Below are positions 30,590 through 39,848 of a stretch of 64,000 nucleotides of DNA, piece after piece. The stretch lies in the NCBI GenBank assembly GCA_963707915.1, contig OY970178.1, positions 1,920,001 through 1,984,000 of the forward strand, given 5' to 3'. Under the pieces are notes generated by a model. It was not told the DNA's origin. It saw nothing but the letters and a program-made list of their open reading frames with translations, and searched no databases. The DNA is from Candidatus Eiseniibacteriota bacterium. GTDB taxonomy: Bacteria; Eisenbacteria; RBG-16-71-46. The stretch's first letter is position 1. Every line of letters starts with the position of its first letter. A program made the position numbers and the translations under genes.

Positions 30590-31519
30590 ATGTCGAGGCT
30601 CGCGCTCGTCGCCCTGCTGCTCACGCTCCTGCCCGGCGCCGCCGGGGCCGCCCGCGTCTCCCCCGCCGGCCCGGCGCGGCTCACGCCGGCGGAGGCCGAC
30701 TCGCTGACGCGGGCCATCCTCCAGGACCGCGCCGATACCGAGCGATGGCTCCGGAGCGGCGCGACCTCGTACCTGGCGACGGTCCAGCGCGTGGACTTCG
30801 GCGCGCGGACGTCGCTCACGCTCGGCAGCGCCGCGGACAACGACGTCCGCATCGCCGATCCGGACGTGTCGCCCCACCACCTGGTCGTGACCGTGACGGG
30901 CGACTCGTTCGACGTCGCCGCGGCGGACCCCGGCGCCTTGTATCGCGTGAACGACGAGATGCGCAGCCGCAGCACCGTGGGCCCGAGCGGCATCGGGGTC
31001 GGGCGCTTCACGGTGCGCCTGTCGCACCAGCGCTTCCCCGCCATCATCGTCTTCGACCCGAAGAGCCCGGGCTTCTCCCGGTACAAGGGCCTCAAGTGGT
31101 TCCCGGTGGACCTCGCCTACCGCTACCGCCTGCCGCTCACGCCGAACCCGAAGCCCGACACGGTCGTCATCCTCTCGACCCGCGGGAACCGCCGCCACGC
31201 GGTGCGGGTGGGCTGGTTCGACTTCCGGGTGGGCGGGACCCCCTGCCGGCTCGAGGCGTCACGACTGCTGGAACCGGGCGTGGGCGAGAACGACTTCTCG
31301 GTGTACTTCCGCGACGCCACCACCGGCCGGGAGACCTACGGCACGGGCCGCTACGTGGACCCGGAGCGGATGCCGGACGGGCGTTACCTGCTCGACTTCA
31401 ACCTCGCCTACAACCCTGCCTGCGCCGTCTCCGACCACTACAACTGCCCGATCCCGCCCCGGGCGAACGTGCTCAAAGTGCCGATCCGCGCGGGCGAGAT
31501 GGACGCGGGGTACCACTAG
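30590..31519 (+). CDS. DUF1684 family secreted protein
   Basis: Signal peptide; FRDATTGRETYGTGRY...LDFNLAYNPACA...CPIPP.N.L...AGE; GGAGG RBS. Confidence 0.85.
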   Translation: MSRLALVALLLTLLPGAAGAARVSPAGPARLTPAEADSLTRAILQDRADTERWLRSGATSYLATVQRVDFGARTSLTLGSAADNDVRIADPDVSPHHLVVTVTGDSFDVAAADPGALYRVNDEMRSRSTVGPSGIGVGRFTVRLSHQRFPAIIVFDPKSPGFSRYKGLKWFPVDLAYRYRLPLTPNPKPDTVVILSTRGNRRHAVRVGWFDFRVGGTPCRLEASRLLEPGVGENDFSVYFRDATTGRETYGTGRYVDPERMPDGRYLLDFNLAYNPACAVSDHYNCPIPPRANVLKVPIRAGEMDAGYH

Positions 31520-31617
31520 GCGCTCGCACCGGGGGTCGCGGCGGCAGCACCTCTCCGCCGGCCATGGCGCGGGAGAGCCGGACGCTCGTGGACGCGGAGG
31601 TGCCACGGCCCGCCGGG

Positions 31618-33459
31618 TCAGCGAGCGGGCAGCGGCCGCCCGGCCCGATAGAGCGCGAGTTGCCGGGTGCAACCTTCGATCTCCTGCGGCCGGCCGGCGT
31701 CCCGCGCCAACTCGAGCGCGCGCCGTGCCGCGCGGATCGCGTCGGGGAAGCGTCCGACCGCGGCGCAGGCCGCCGCGAGCTGGACGTAGGAGGCCTGGTT
31801 CATCGAGTCGAGCCGCACGGCGGCCTCGTACTCGGGGATCGCCTCGGCCACGCGTCCGTCGCCCGCCAGCGCGGCGGCGAGGTTGTGGTGGAGCCGGGCG
31901 GTCGGGTGGGTGCGCAGCGCGGCCCGGAAGTGCGCGATCGCCTCGCCGTAGCGGCCCGCGAGCCCGAGCGCGCTCGCCAGGCTGTTCTCCAGCTCGGCGC
32001 GCCCGGGCTCCAGGCGGTACGCCGCCTCGAGATGGGCGACGGCCGGGGCGACTTCGCCCGCCTCGAGAAGCGCGTTGCCCATGCCCTGCTCGGCGACCGC
32101 GTTGTCGCGCGTGACGGCGAGCGCGTGGCCGAACACCGTGCGCGAGTCCCTCCACACCGTCACCTGCCGGGCGGTGGCACGGGACAGCCCCGCCAGCGCG
32201 ATCACGGCGAGGGCCGCGGCCGCGAACCGGACACGCCGCGAGCGGGAGGCGAGGTCGCCGGCGAGCCAGACCAGCGCCATCGCCAGGCCGATGCCGGGAA
32301 GGTAGGTGTAACGGTCGGCGTACGCCTGCTCGCCGACCTGGATCACCCCCGCCACCGGCGCCAGCATCCCGACGAACCACAGCCAGCCGACCAGGAGATA
32401 CGGCCGGCGCCGCGCCTGCCGGAACGCCAGGACGGTCACGGCCGCGAACGCGGCGGCGGCGAGCGCGGCCGAGGCGACGGGGAGGCCGCGATCGTAGGGG
32501 TAGAGCACCGCGAGGCCGGACGGCCAGAAGGTCTTCGCCACGTAGCGCCAGTACGAGAGCAGCGCGTTGGCGACGCGGAACCCCGGGCTGAGGACGTGGG
32601 GCGAGACGTTCGCCCAGGTCACGTGCTGCACGAGGATCGTCACCACGGAGGCGGCGGCGGCCAGCAGGAACAGGGGCCACTTCTCCGCGACGAGCCGGCC
32701 GAGCGGCCGCCCCGGCGCGCGCACCGGGGCGCGGGCGCCCGGCAGCCGCTGCATTCCCGCCAGCCGCCCGAGCGGCCAGACGTCGAGCAGCACGAGGACG
32801 AACGGCAGCGTGACGAGCATCGGCTTGGCCATCAGCCCCAGGGCCAGACACAGGCCCACGAGCGCGTAGCGCCCACCGCCGGGTCGCTCGGCCCAGCGCA
32901 CGTAGGTCCACAGCGCGAGGATGAAGAAGAGTCCGCTGAGCACGTCCTTGCGCTCCGCGACCCAGGCCACCGACTCGACCCGCAGCGGATGGAGCGCGAA
33001 CAGCGCGGCGACCAGCACGCTCCGCCACCAGGCACCGGTGAGCCGGTGGAGCACCAGCGCCACCAGCACGGCGTTCAGGGTGTGGAACGCGAGGCTCATC
33101 GCGTGGTGCGCGGCCGGCTGGATACCGAACAGGCTGACGTCGAGCATGTGGGAGACCGACGTGAGCGGGTGCCAGTTCGCGCCCTGCGGAGCGTGCAGGA
33201 ACCAGCGGAGCCCCTCGAGGGTCAGGCCGGCCGTGACGTGCGGGTTCCCGATGACGTACTCGGGATCGTCGAGCAGGACCCAGCCGTTGCGCAGCACCCC
33301 GGCGAAGGCCGCCACCGTGGCGGCGGCCAGCAGCGCGAGCGTCAGCCAGCGGCCGGGGCCCAGGCGCTCGTCCCGGGCCGGGCGGCGCGCCCTGCGGGGA
33401 TCAGCGGGGGCGTCGCCGGAGGGCGCCCGGGGATGGCGGCGATGGCCTCTCGCAGTCAT
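31618..33459 (-). CDS. TMTC-like GT-C membrane protein with C-terminal TPRs (putative protein O-mannosyltransferase)
   Basis: LDD.EYV..N, NWHPLT, LFALHPLRVESVAWVAERKDVL, ADRYTYLP, WRDS..., TPR tail. Confidence 0.82.
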   Translation of the reverse strand: MTARGHRRHPRAPSGDAPADPRRARRPARDERLGPGRWLTLALLAAATVAAFAGVLRNGWVLLDDPEYVIGNPHVTAGLTLEGLRWFLHAPQGANWHPLTSVSHMLDVSLFGIQPAAHHAMSLAFHTLNAVLVALVLHRLTGAWWRSVLVAALFALHPLRVESVAWVAERKDVLSGLFFILALWTYVRWAERPGGGRYALVGLCLALGLMAKPMLVTLPFVLVLLDVWPLGRLAGMQRLPGARAPVRAPGRPLGRLVAEKWPLFLLAAAASVVTILVQHVTWANVSPHVLSPGFRVANALLSYWRYVAKTFWPSGLAVLYPYDRGLPVASAALAAAAFAAVTVLAFRQARRRPYLLVGWLWFVGMLAPVAGVIQVGEQAYADRYTYLPGIGLAMALVWLAGDLASRSRRVRFAAAALAVIALAGLSRATARQVTVWRDSRTVFGHALAVTRDNAVAEQGMGNALLEAGEVAPAVAHLEAAYRLEPGRAELENSLASALGLAGRYGEAIAHFRAALRTHPTARLHHNLAAALAGDGRVAEAIPEYEAAVRLDSMNQASYVQLAAACAAVGRFPDAIRAARRALELARDAGRPQEIEGCTRQLALYRAGRPLPAR

Positions 33460-33700
33460 GACGGAACCGTACCACACGGCGCAGCGGAACCGGGCGTTCG
33501 CGGAAGCCTTTGGGCCAAGCTGCACAGGAAGAACCGAAGGGCAGTCCGACGCCGCCCCCGGGCGCCGGATGCCGGGACCATGCCCATTTTCGCCGCGCAT
33601 CGAGCGGCCTTCGATGGTATCCTCTTCGCTTGGCGGGATTCCCCCAGCGCCGCGCATCGAGCCGATCCCGCCCGGCCGGTGATAGCCGCCGGAGGCTGTC

Positions 33701-34684
33701 GTGAAGAAGCGCCCGTTGCTCATCCTTGGATCCTGCATCCTCTTCTTCACCGCCCCCCTGCTCCCCGCGCCGGCCGGCGCGCAGACCCCCGCCTACGTCA
33801 CGCAGTGGGGCGCCTACGGCAGCGGGCCGGGACAGTTCACCATCCCCTACGGCATCGCGGTGGGCACCCATACCGTCTACGTCACCGACTACATGGACCA
33901 GCGCGTCCAGCGCTTCTCGGTCGACGGCGCCTTCCTGGGCGAATGGGGCAGCTACGGCAACGGCGACGGGCAGTTCTTCAACCCCGCCGGCGTGGCGACC
34001 GACGCAGCCGGCGACGTCTACGTCGTCGACCAGGCCAACTGCCGGATCCAGAAGTTCACGGCGGCGGGGAGCTTCCTGGCGCAGTGGGGGTCCTCCGGCA
34101 GCGAAGCGGGACAGTTCAGCATCCCCACCGGCGTGGCGACCGACGGTTTCGGCAACGTCTACGTCGCCGATGGCGGCGCGAACCAGCGGGTCCAGAAGTT
34201 CACCGGCGCGGGCACGTTCCTGACCCAGTGGGGGTTCCCCGGCAGCGGCGACGGCGAGTTCAGCGAGCCCACCGGGGTGGCGACGGACGCGGCCGGCAAC
34301 GTCTACGTCACCGACCAGAACCACCGCGTCCAGAAGTTCTCGGGCGCGGGGTCCTACCTCGCCCAGTGGGGCTCACTCGGCAGCGGCGACGGGCAGTTCT
34401 TCAACCCCGCCGGGGTGGCGACGGACGCGAACGGCAACGTCTACGTCGTGGACCTGGGCAACTCCCGCGTCCAGATGTTCAGCGGCGCCGGCGCCTACCT
34501 GGGCCAGTGGGGCACGGCGGGGAGCGGCGTCGGGGAGTTCTTCGAGCCGTTCTTCCTCGCGGTCGACGGGAGCGGCAGCATCTACGTCGTGGACCGGGGG
34601 AACAACCGCGTGCAGAAGTTCGGCCTGGGCCCGGTCAACGCCCGATCCACGAGCTGGGGTCGGCTCAAGGCGCTCTACCGGTAG
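33701..34684 (+). CDS. Secreted NHL-repeat beta-propeller protein with C-terminal SWGRLKALYR motif
   Basis: Signal peptide, six WG..GSG.GQF..P.GVA.D..GNVYV.D..N.RVQKF repeats; GGAGG RBS. Confidence 0.9.
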   Translation: MKKRPLLILGSCILFFTAPLLPAPAGAQTPAYVTQWGAYGSGPGQFTIPYGIAVGTHTVYVTDYMDQRVQRFSVDGAFLGEWGSYGNGDGQFFNPAGVATDAAGDVYVVDQANCRIQKFTAAGSFLAQWGSSGSEAGQFSIPTGVATDGFGNVYVADGGANQRVQKFTGAGTFLTQWGFPGSGDGEFSEPTGVATDAAGNVYVTDQNHRVQKFSGAGSYLAQWGSLGSGDGQFFNPAGVATDANGNVYVVDLGNSRVQMFSGAGAYLGQWGTAGSGVGEFFEPFFLAVDGSGSIYVVDRGNNRVQKFGLGPVNARSTSWGRLKALYR

Positions 34685-34706
34685 TCCGCGGCCGGCGCGC
34701 GGTCGC

Positions 34707-35579
34707 TCAACGGGCGCCTGCCGCGCGCGCCAGCAGGTAGCGGGGCCGGCGCGCCAGGTCCTCGCGGATCTCGACGGCCTGCCAGCCGGGATCGTTCCGC
34801 AGCCAGCCCGCCGCCTGGTGCGCGCGCGCCTCGGCCAGCTCGAGCGCCAGCACTCCCCCCGGTACGAGATGACGCGGCGAGCCCTCCACGATCTCGCGCA
34901 CGTCGTCCAGCCCGCTCGCCCCGGAGAAGAGCGCCTGCGGCGGCTCGAACGACCGCACGTCCTCGGGCAGGGCGTCCCGCTCGCCGGTCGCGATGTAGGG
35001 CGGGTTCGAGACCACGACTTCGAAGCGCTCCCGTGCATCGACGGCCTCGAGCCAGTGGCCGGCGACGAAGCGGACGCGGGCGTCGAGCCCGAGCGCCGCC
35101 GCGTTGGCGCGCGCCACCTCCAGCGCACCGGCGCTCGCGTCGGTCGCCGTGATGGCGGCGGCCGGCCACTCCGCCGCCAGCGCGAGCGCGACGGCGCCGG
35201 AGCCGGTGCCCAGGTCGAGCACCCGCGGCGCGGCCCAGCGCGCGGTTTCGGCGCGCAGGACCTCGAGCACGGCCTCGACCAGGCCTTCGGTCTCGGGACG
35301 CGGGACGAGCACGCGGGGGTCCACGGCGAGGTCGAGGTCCCGGAACGCGGCGCGCCCGGTGATGTACTGCACGGGCTCGTGCACCGCGCGGCGGGCGAGC
35401 CACGACTCGAGCCGACCGGCCTCGGCGGGCGTGAGGACGCGCCCGCCCTGCAGGTGGAGCTGCGGGCGGGCGACGGCGAGCAGGCGGCTCACCAGCTCCT
35501 CGGCATCGCTGCGGGGCGTGGGGAAGGACGCGAGCGCGGCGAGCGCGGAACGGAGCGCGGAGGCGACGGTGGGCTGCAC
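34707..35579 (-). CDS. prmC: Release factor glutamine methyltransferase
   Basis: EPVQYITG, VLVPRPETE, LDLGTGSG, SNPPYI; GTG 7 nt after a TATGCT -10 element. Confidence 0.95.
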   Translation of the reverse strand: MQPTVASALRSALAALASFPTPRSDAEELVSRLLAVARPQLHLQGGRVLTPAEAGRLESWLARRAVHEPVQYITGRAAFRDLDLAVDPRVLVPRPETEGLVEAVLEVLRAETARWAAPRVLDLGTGSGAVALALAAEWPAAAITATDASAGALEVARANAAALGLDARVRFVAGHWLEAVDARERFEVVVSNPPYIATGERDALPEDVRSFEPPQALFSGASGLDDVREIVEGSPRHLVPGGVLALELAEARAHQAAGWLRNDPGWQAVEIREDLARRPRYLLARAAGAR

Positions 35580-35608
35580 GCGGGGCAGCATAGCGGGCCG
35601 GGGCGGGC

Positions 35609-35838
35609 GCTCCAACGGGGGCGGCGGAGCGGGGACCGGGCGCGGGGGCTCCGAGACGGGGCCGGCGGAGCGGGCACCGGGCGCGGGGGCTCCAACGGGG
35701 GCGGCGGAGCGGGCACCGGGCGCGGAGGACGGCTAAGTACACACACGCTCGCCCTCCGCGCCCGGTGCCCGCCCCGCCGGCTCGCCCTGCGCGCCGGCTC
35801 GCCCTGCGCGCCGGGTGCCCGCCCCGCCGGCTCGCCAC
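35609..35838. repeat. Composite intergenic repeat: three ~40-bp direct copies followed by inverted copies forming a 26-bp stem hairpin
   Basis: Units start at 35609, 35648, 35689 (gctcc...ggcggagcggg(c/g)accgggcgcgg); 35753-35778 is the reverse complement of 35703-35728 with one mismatch. Confidence 0.8.
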
Positions 35839-35845
35839 GCCCGCG

Positions 35846-36142
35846 CTAGTGCGGATCCAGCACGAACGCGTCGAACAGCATGAAGCCGCAGCAGGCGACG
35901 GCACCGACGATCGTGCCGACCTGGGTGCCCGCGGTGACCAGCGTGGCGCGCACGAAGATCCCGCATCCGACCGCGGCCAGGCCGCCGGCCACGCTGTCGA
36001 GTTGCACGTCGGGCCGGTCGATCTGGGCCGCCTGCCCGCTGGGTCCGGGCACGGGGGCGCCGTCCTGCGCGAGGGCGGCGGGCGGCAGCAGCGCGAGGGC
36101 GGCGATCAGCGCGCACATCGGGAGCGAACGCTTCCGGTTCAT
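35846..36142 (-). CDS. Small secreted Cys-containing hydrophobic peptide B (98 aa)
   Basis: GAGGGGG RBS; signal peptide ...AALA|QD; polar linker; GC-x23-CC hydrophobic segment. Confidence 0.7.
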   Translation of the reverse strand: MNRKRSLPMCALIAALALLPPAALAQDGAPVPGPSGQAAQIDRPDVQLDSVAGGLAAVGCGIFVRATLVTAGTQVGTIVGAVACCGFMLFDAFVLDPH

Positions 36143-36156
36143 GACCTGGTCCCCCT

Positions 36157-36381
36157 CTAGTCGTCGCTGGTGACGATCGCGTGGATGCAGACGAGCGCCG
36201 TGTAGAAGACGCTCGCCGGTACGGCGACCATGAAGACGATGGAGCCGGCGCAGGCCACGTACCTCAGCGCCGTGCCGGCCCCGTTCGGCGTCGCGGTCCC
36301 GGCCTCGGCCCGCGGCGTCACCGGTGCGAGCGCGAGCAGGACGGCCAGCGCCAGCACCACGATCCGGTTCTTCCGCCACAT
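36157..36381 (-). CDS. Small secreted Cys-containing hydrophobic peptide A (74 aa)
   Basis: GGAGGAGAAGGG RBS; MWRKNRIVVLALAVLLALAPVTPRAEA signal; C-x20-C hydrophobic segment; not called separately in the ORF track (C-terminal part of 36157..36912). Confidence 0.7.
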   Translation of the reverse strand: MWRKNRIVVLALAVLLALAPVTPRAEAGTATPNGAGTALRYVACAGSIVFMVAVPASVFYTALVCIHAIVTSDD

Positions 36382-36494
36382 CCCTTCTCCTCCTCCGGGG
36401 GCGGGGGGCGTTCGGACGATCCCGCGGGGGCAAGGCCTCCTCCAGCCGTCGCGACGCGGCCCCGCGCCGGCGGCGGGCGCGTCGCGCGGCCGGC

Positions 36495-36956
36495 TCAATC
36501 GGCGAGTCGCGTGCGCACGTAGCGGCCGGCCGCGTCGAAGCACAGCACTTCCCCGTAGACGCGGTGGCCCCACCGCCGGCGCCATTCGCCGCGCGCGTCC
36601 CACCACAGCGGTGCCGCCCCGAGCGCCGCGAGCGTGGCAGCGGCGGGCCGGCGCGGCGTGTCCACGACCAGCGCGCCCACGCGCAGGCCGCGGGGCGGGC
36701 GCGCGGTCAGCCGCGCGAGCGTTCGCCGACAGCCCGCGCAATCGGGATTGACCGCGACCAGCCAGGTGCCGGCGCTCGAGTCGGCGGTGGACGCGCTCAC
36801 CAGCACGAGCGGCGCCCCGAGGCCGGGCGTCTGCCAGACGCGCGTGCGGTCCTGGTGCCACAGCCAGCCCAGCGCGGCCAGCGCCGTCGCGGCCAGGCCC
36901 CATCCCGCCCACCGGGCGAGACGCCGGAGCGGCGGGGCGCCGGTGGCGGGCCTCAT
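36495..36956 (-). CDS. Membrane-anchored thioredoxin-fold protein with CxxC
   Basis: N-terminal TM; LVAVNPDCAGC; WWDARGEWRRRWG...LCFDAAGR resembles TlpA/peroxiredoxin-like C-terminus; ATGA overlap with upstream gene. Confidence 0.65.
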   Translation of the reverse strand: MRPATGAPPLRRLARWAGWGLAATALAALGWLWHQDRTRVWQTPGLGAPLVLVSASTADSSAGTWLVAVNPDCAGCRRTLARLTARPPRGLRVGALVVDTPRRPAAATLAALGAAPLWWDARGEWRRRWGHRVYGEVLCFDAAGRYVRTRLAD

Positions 36957-37570
36957 CGCAACGGGCTCATGCCGCGGAACAGGTCCATCGCCCACCACAG
37001 CGCGACCCGCGTGGCGAGCCACGCCACGGCGGTGACGAGCAGCGTCTCGCGCAGGCGGCGTCCGGCGCCGGTCGCCTGCAGCCAGGCCGTGATCGCGAGG
37101 CGGGTGAGCGTCAGCAGCCCGAGCCCGCCGAACGCCACCCACAGGGCGGGCTCCAGCCCGGGCAGGCGCTCCCGGACGAGCTGGAGCCCCGCCACCGGGG
37201 CGAGCCAGGGCGCGAGCCCCGGCGAGCGCCCCGCCAGCGCGACCAGGCTCTGCGCGAAGCGGTCCACCAGCGAGAGCGCGACGAGGGCGACGAAGAAGCG
37301 CACGTACGGCAGGCGCGCACCGCGCGTGCGCCACCACAGGGTGTAGGCGAGCGCCTCGACCGCGCTCGCGGCCAGGCGCGCCAGCACCATGATGCCGGCG
37401 GCGACGGCGAGGTTCAGGTGCTGCCCGGCGCCGAGCTCGCGCCCCTGGCGCAGCCCCAGCTCCCACCACGAGGCGAGCGCGACGACGAAGAGGAAGACGT
37501 TCATCCGGTGCATGCGGCGGGGGTCGGGTGCGGTTCGCGCGGCCAGCGCCGCGACCGACGGGTCCATCAT
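36953..37570 (-). CDS. Polytopic membrane protein (Yip1-like topology)
   Basis: GGAGG RBS; about five hydrophobic segments; family assignment by pattern only. Confidence 0.65.
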   Translation of the reverse strand: MMDPSVAALAARTAPDPRRMHRMNVFLFVVALASWWELGLRQGRELGAGQHLNLAVAAGIMVLARLAASAVEALAYTLWWRTRGARLPYVRFFVALVALSLVDRFAQSLVALAGRSPGLAPWLAPVAGLQLVRERLPGLEPALWVAFGGLGLLTLTRLAITAWLQATGAGRRLRETLLVTAVAWLATRVALWWAMDLFRGMSPLR

Positions 37571-37637
37571 GACCTCCAGGCCGGGGGCGCCCGCGGTGGC
37601 GGGCGGGGTGCAGTCCCGGGAGCGGTGACGCCCCATC

Positions 37638-37652
37638 GCAAGGCGTGTGCCG
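37638..37652 (-). promoter_or_regulatory. Putative sigma54 (-24/-12) promoter of the four-gene cassette
   Basis: CGGCAC-ACGCC-TTGC (consensus TGGCAC-N5-TTGC), about 70 nt upstream of ATG 37570. Confidence 0.55.
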
Positions 37653-37748
37653 CGCGAGGAAGGGTGGCGCGGGCGTCACCCGCTCACCCCGGAGGTCCCG
37701 GTCCCGTCCACGAGCAGGCCCGGGCGTCCACGTCGTGGACGGCGCCGC

Positions 37749-38846
37749 CTAGCCGTTCGCGGCGGAGCCCAGGGCCTCGAGGCGCTCGGCCATGTCGGCG
37801 GACAGCAGCGCCTCGGAGAGGTCGTCGAGCTGGCCTTCGAGGATCTCCGGCAGGTTGTGCACGGAGAAGTTGATGCGGTGGTCCGTGACCCGGCTCTGCG
37901 GGAAGTTGTAGGTCCGGATCTTCGCGCTGCGGTCGCCGGTCGAGACCTGCGACTTGCGCTGCGCGGCGTACTTGGCCTGCTGGGCCTGGAGCTTCGCGTC
38001 GTAGAGCCGCGCGCGCAGGACCTTCATGGCCTTCGCGCGGTTCTTGATCTGCGAGCGCTCGTCCTGGCAGGTGACGACCAGGTTGGTCGGCAGGTGGGTG
38101 ATGCGCACGGCGGAGTCGGTGGTGTTGACGCCCTGCCCGCCGGGGCCCCCCGAGCGGTAGACGTCCACGCGGATGTCCTTCTCCTGAATCTCCACGTCCA
38201 CGTCCTCGACCTCGGGCAGCACCGCCACCGTCGCGGCCGAGGTGTGGATGCGACCCGAGGCCTCGGTGTCGGGCACGCGCTGCACGCGGTGCACGCCGCT
38301 CTCGTACTTCATGCGCCGGTACACGGACTCGCCCGAGAGCGAGAAGATGATCTCCTTGAAGCCGCCCACCCCCGAGGGGCTCGAGGACATGATCTCCTGC
38401 TTCCAGCCCAGGCGCTCGGCGTACTTCGTGTACATGCGGGTCAGGTCGCCGGCGAAGAGCGAGGCCTCGTCGCCTCCGGTCCCGGCGCGGATCTCGACGA
38501 TGACGTTCTTGTCGTCGTCGGGGTCGCGGGGCAGCAGCAGGCGCTGCAGCGTGCCCTCGAGCTGCTCGCGGCGCGCCCGCAGCTCGGGCATCTCGGCGCG
38601 CGCCAGCTCGGCCAGCTCCTCGTCGCCCGAGGCGACCGCGCGCTCGTCGTCGGCCAGGGTGCGCTCGACGCTCCGGTGCTCCTCCAGCGCGCGGACGGTC
38701 TCCTCGAGCCGGGAGCGCTCGCGCGACAGGTCGCGCAGCTTCTTCGGGTCGCTGACGATCTCGCTCCGCCCGAGCAGGCCGGTCAACTCGGCGAACCGCT
38801 CCTCCACCTTGCGGAGCGCCTCCCACATGCCGGTCGAGCCGCTCAC
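37749..38846 (-). CDS. prfA: Peptide chain release factor 1 (start GTG 38846 or ATG 38828)
   Basis: [24 protein letters not shown] (PxT, RF1-type), GGQ, RTYNFPQ. Confidence 0.97.
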   Translation of the reverse strand: MSGSTGMWEALRKVEERFAELTGLLGRSEIVSDPKKLRDLSRERSRLEETVRALEEHRSVERTLADDERAVASGDEELAELARAEMPELRARREQLEGTLQRLLLPRDPDDDKNVIVEIRAGTGGDEASLFAGDLTRMYTKYAERLGWKQEIMSSSPSGVGGFKEIIFSLSGESVYRRMKYESGVHRVQRVPDTEASGRIHTSAATVAVLPEVEDVDVEIQEKDIRVDVYRSGGPGGQGVNTTDSAVRITHLPTNLVVTCQDERSQIKNRAKAMKVLRARLYDAKLQAQQAKYAAQRKSQVSTGDRSAKIRTYNFPQSRVTDHRINFSVHNLPEILEGQLDDLSEALLSADMAERLEALGSAANG

Positions 38847-39781
38847 TGGATGAACGCCATCTCGCCCTGGGCGGGGGCGCCGGCGCGCTCGAGGGCGACC
38901 ACCGCCTCGTCGCCGCGCACGCGCTCCAGCGCGGCGATGGCCACGGCGCACATCCCGAGGTCGGGCTCGCGCGTGGTGAGCCGCTGGAACTGCATCCCGG
39001 GCCAGACCAGCCAGCGCACCACCGGCCGGGTCGCGTGCCGGCCCGAGAGCCGCACGAACTCGAAGGCGATGCCGGCGATGAGCGGCATGCAGGCGATGCG
39101 CAGCAGGTGGTCGCCCACGCCGCGCGGCTTGCCGATGAAGCTGAAGACCACGACGCTCACCACCACCACCAGGAACAGGAACGAGGTGCCGCAGCGCGGG
39201 TGCAGGCGCGGGAACGTCATCACGCTCTCGGGCGTCAGCGGCGCGCCGTTCTCGATCGCGTGGATCGACTTGTGCTCGGCGCCGTGATAGCAGAGCACCC
39301 GGCGCATCTCCTTCCACTGGCTGATGAGCAGCAGGTAGAGCACGAACGCCAGCAGCCGGAACACGCCGTCCACCAGGCCGAAGCCCAGCCGGTCGTGGAA
39401 GCCCAGCGCGCCGGTCACGCGCGCGGGCACGATGACGAAGAGGAACATGCCGAGCGCCAGCGAGAGCACCAGGGTCGCCCCCTGGAGCAGCTGCTGGCCG
39501 GGCGAGGGCTTCGCCCCGGGCGTCACGCCCTCGTCGCGGCTGGCCTCGTCGGCGCTGAAGTTGAGCGCCGTCATGCCCAGCCCGAGGGTCTCGAAGAGCG
39601 AGACGGCCCCGCGCACGACCGGCCAGCCCAGCGGCTTGATGCGCCGCGTGACCGAGGAGAAGGGGCGCTCGAGGAAGGCGAGCGTGCCGTCCGGGCGGCG
39701 CACGGCCACCGCCATGCGCGAGGGCGAGCGCATCATGACGCCTTCGATGACCGCCTGTCCGCCGACCGGCAGGAACGGCAT
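38843..39781 (-). CDS. DUF1385 membrane protein
   Basis: [35 protein letters not shown]; usual rpmE-DUF1385-prfA context. Confidence 0.9.
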   Translation of the reverse strand: MPFLPVGGQAVIEGVMMRSPSRMAVAVRRPDGTLAFLERPFSSVTRRIKPLGWPVVRGAVSLFETLGLGMTALNFSADEASRDEGVTPGAKPSPGQQLLQGATLVLSLALGMFLFVIVPARVTGALGFHDRLGFGLVDGVFRLLAFVLYLLLISQWKEMRRVLCYHGAEHKSIHAIENGAPLTPESVMTFPRLHPRCGTSFLFLVVVVSVVVFSFIGKPRGVGDHLLRIACMPLIAGIAFEFVRLSGRHATRPVVRWLVWPGMQFQRLTTREPDLGMCAVAIAALERVRGDEAVVALERAGAPAQGEMAFIQ

Positions 39782-39848
39782 GGATCCTCCAGATGCGCGA
39801 ACGGCCCCCGGCCGGCGGCTGCACCGGACGGGAGCCGATCGTGGGACG

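Noticed and set aside
35609..35838. CRISPR array
   Set aside because: Units are contiguous with no unique spacers, include inverted copies, and no cas genes are present.
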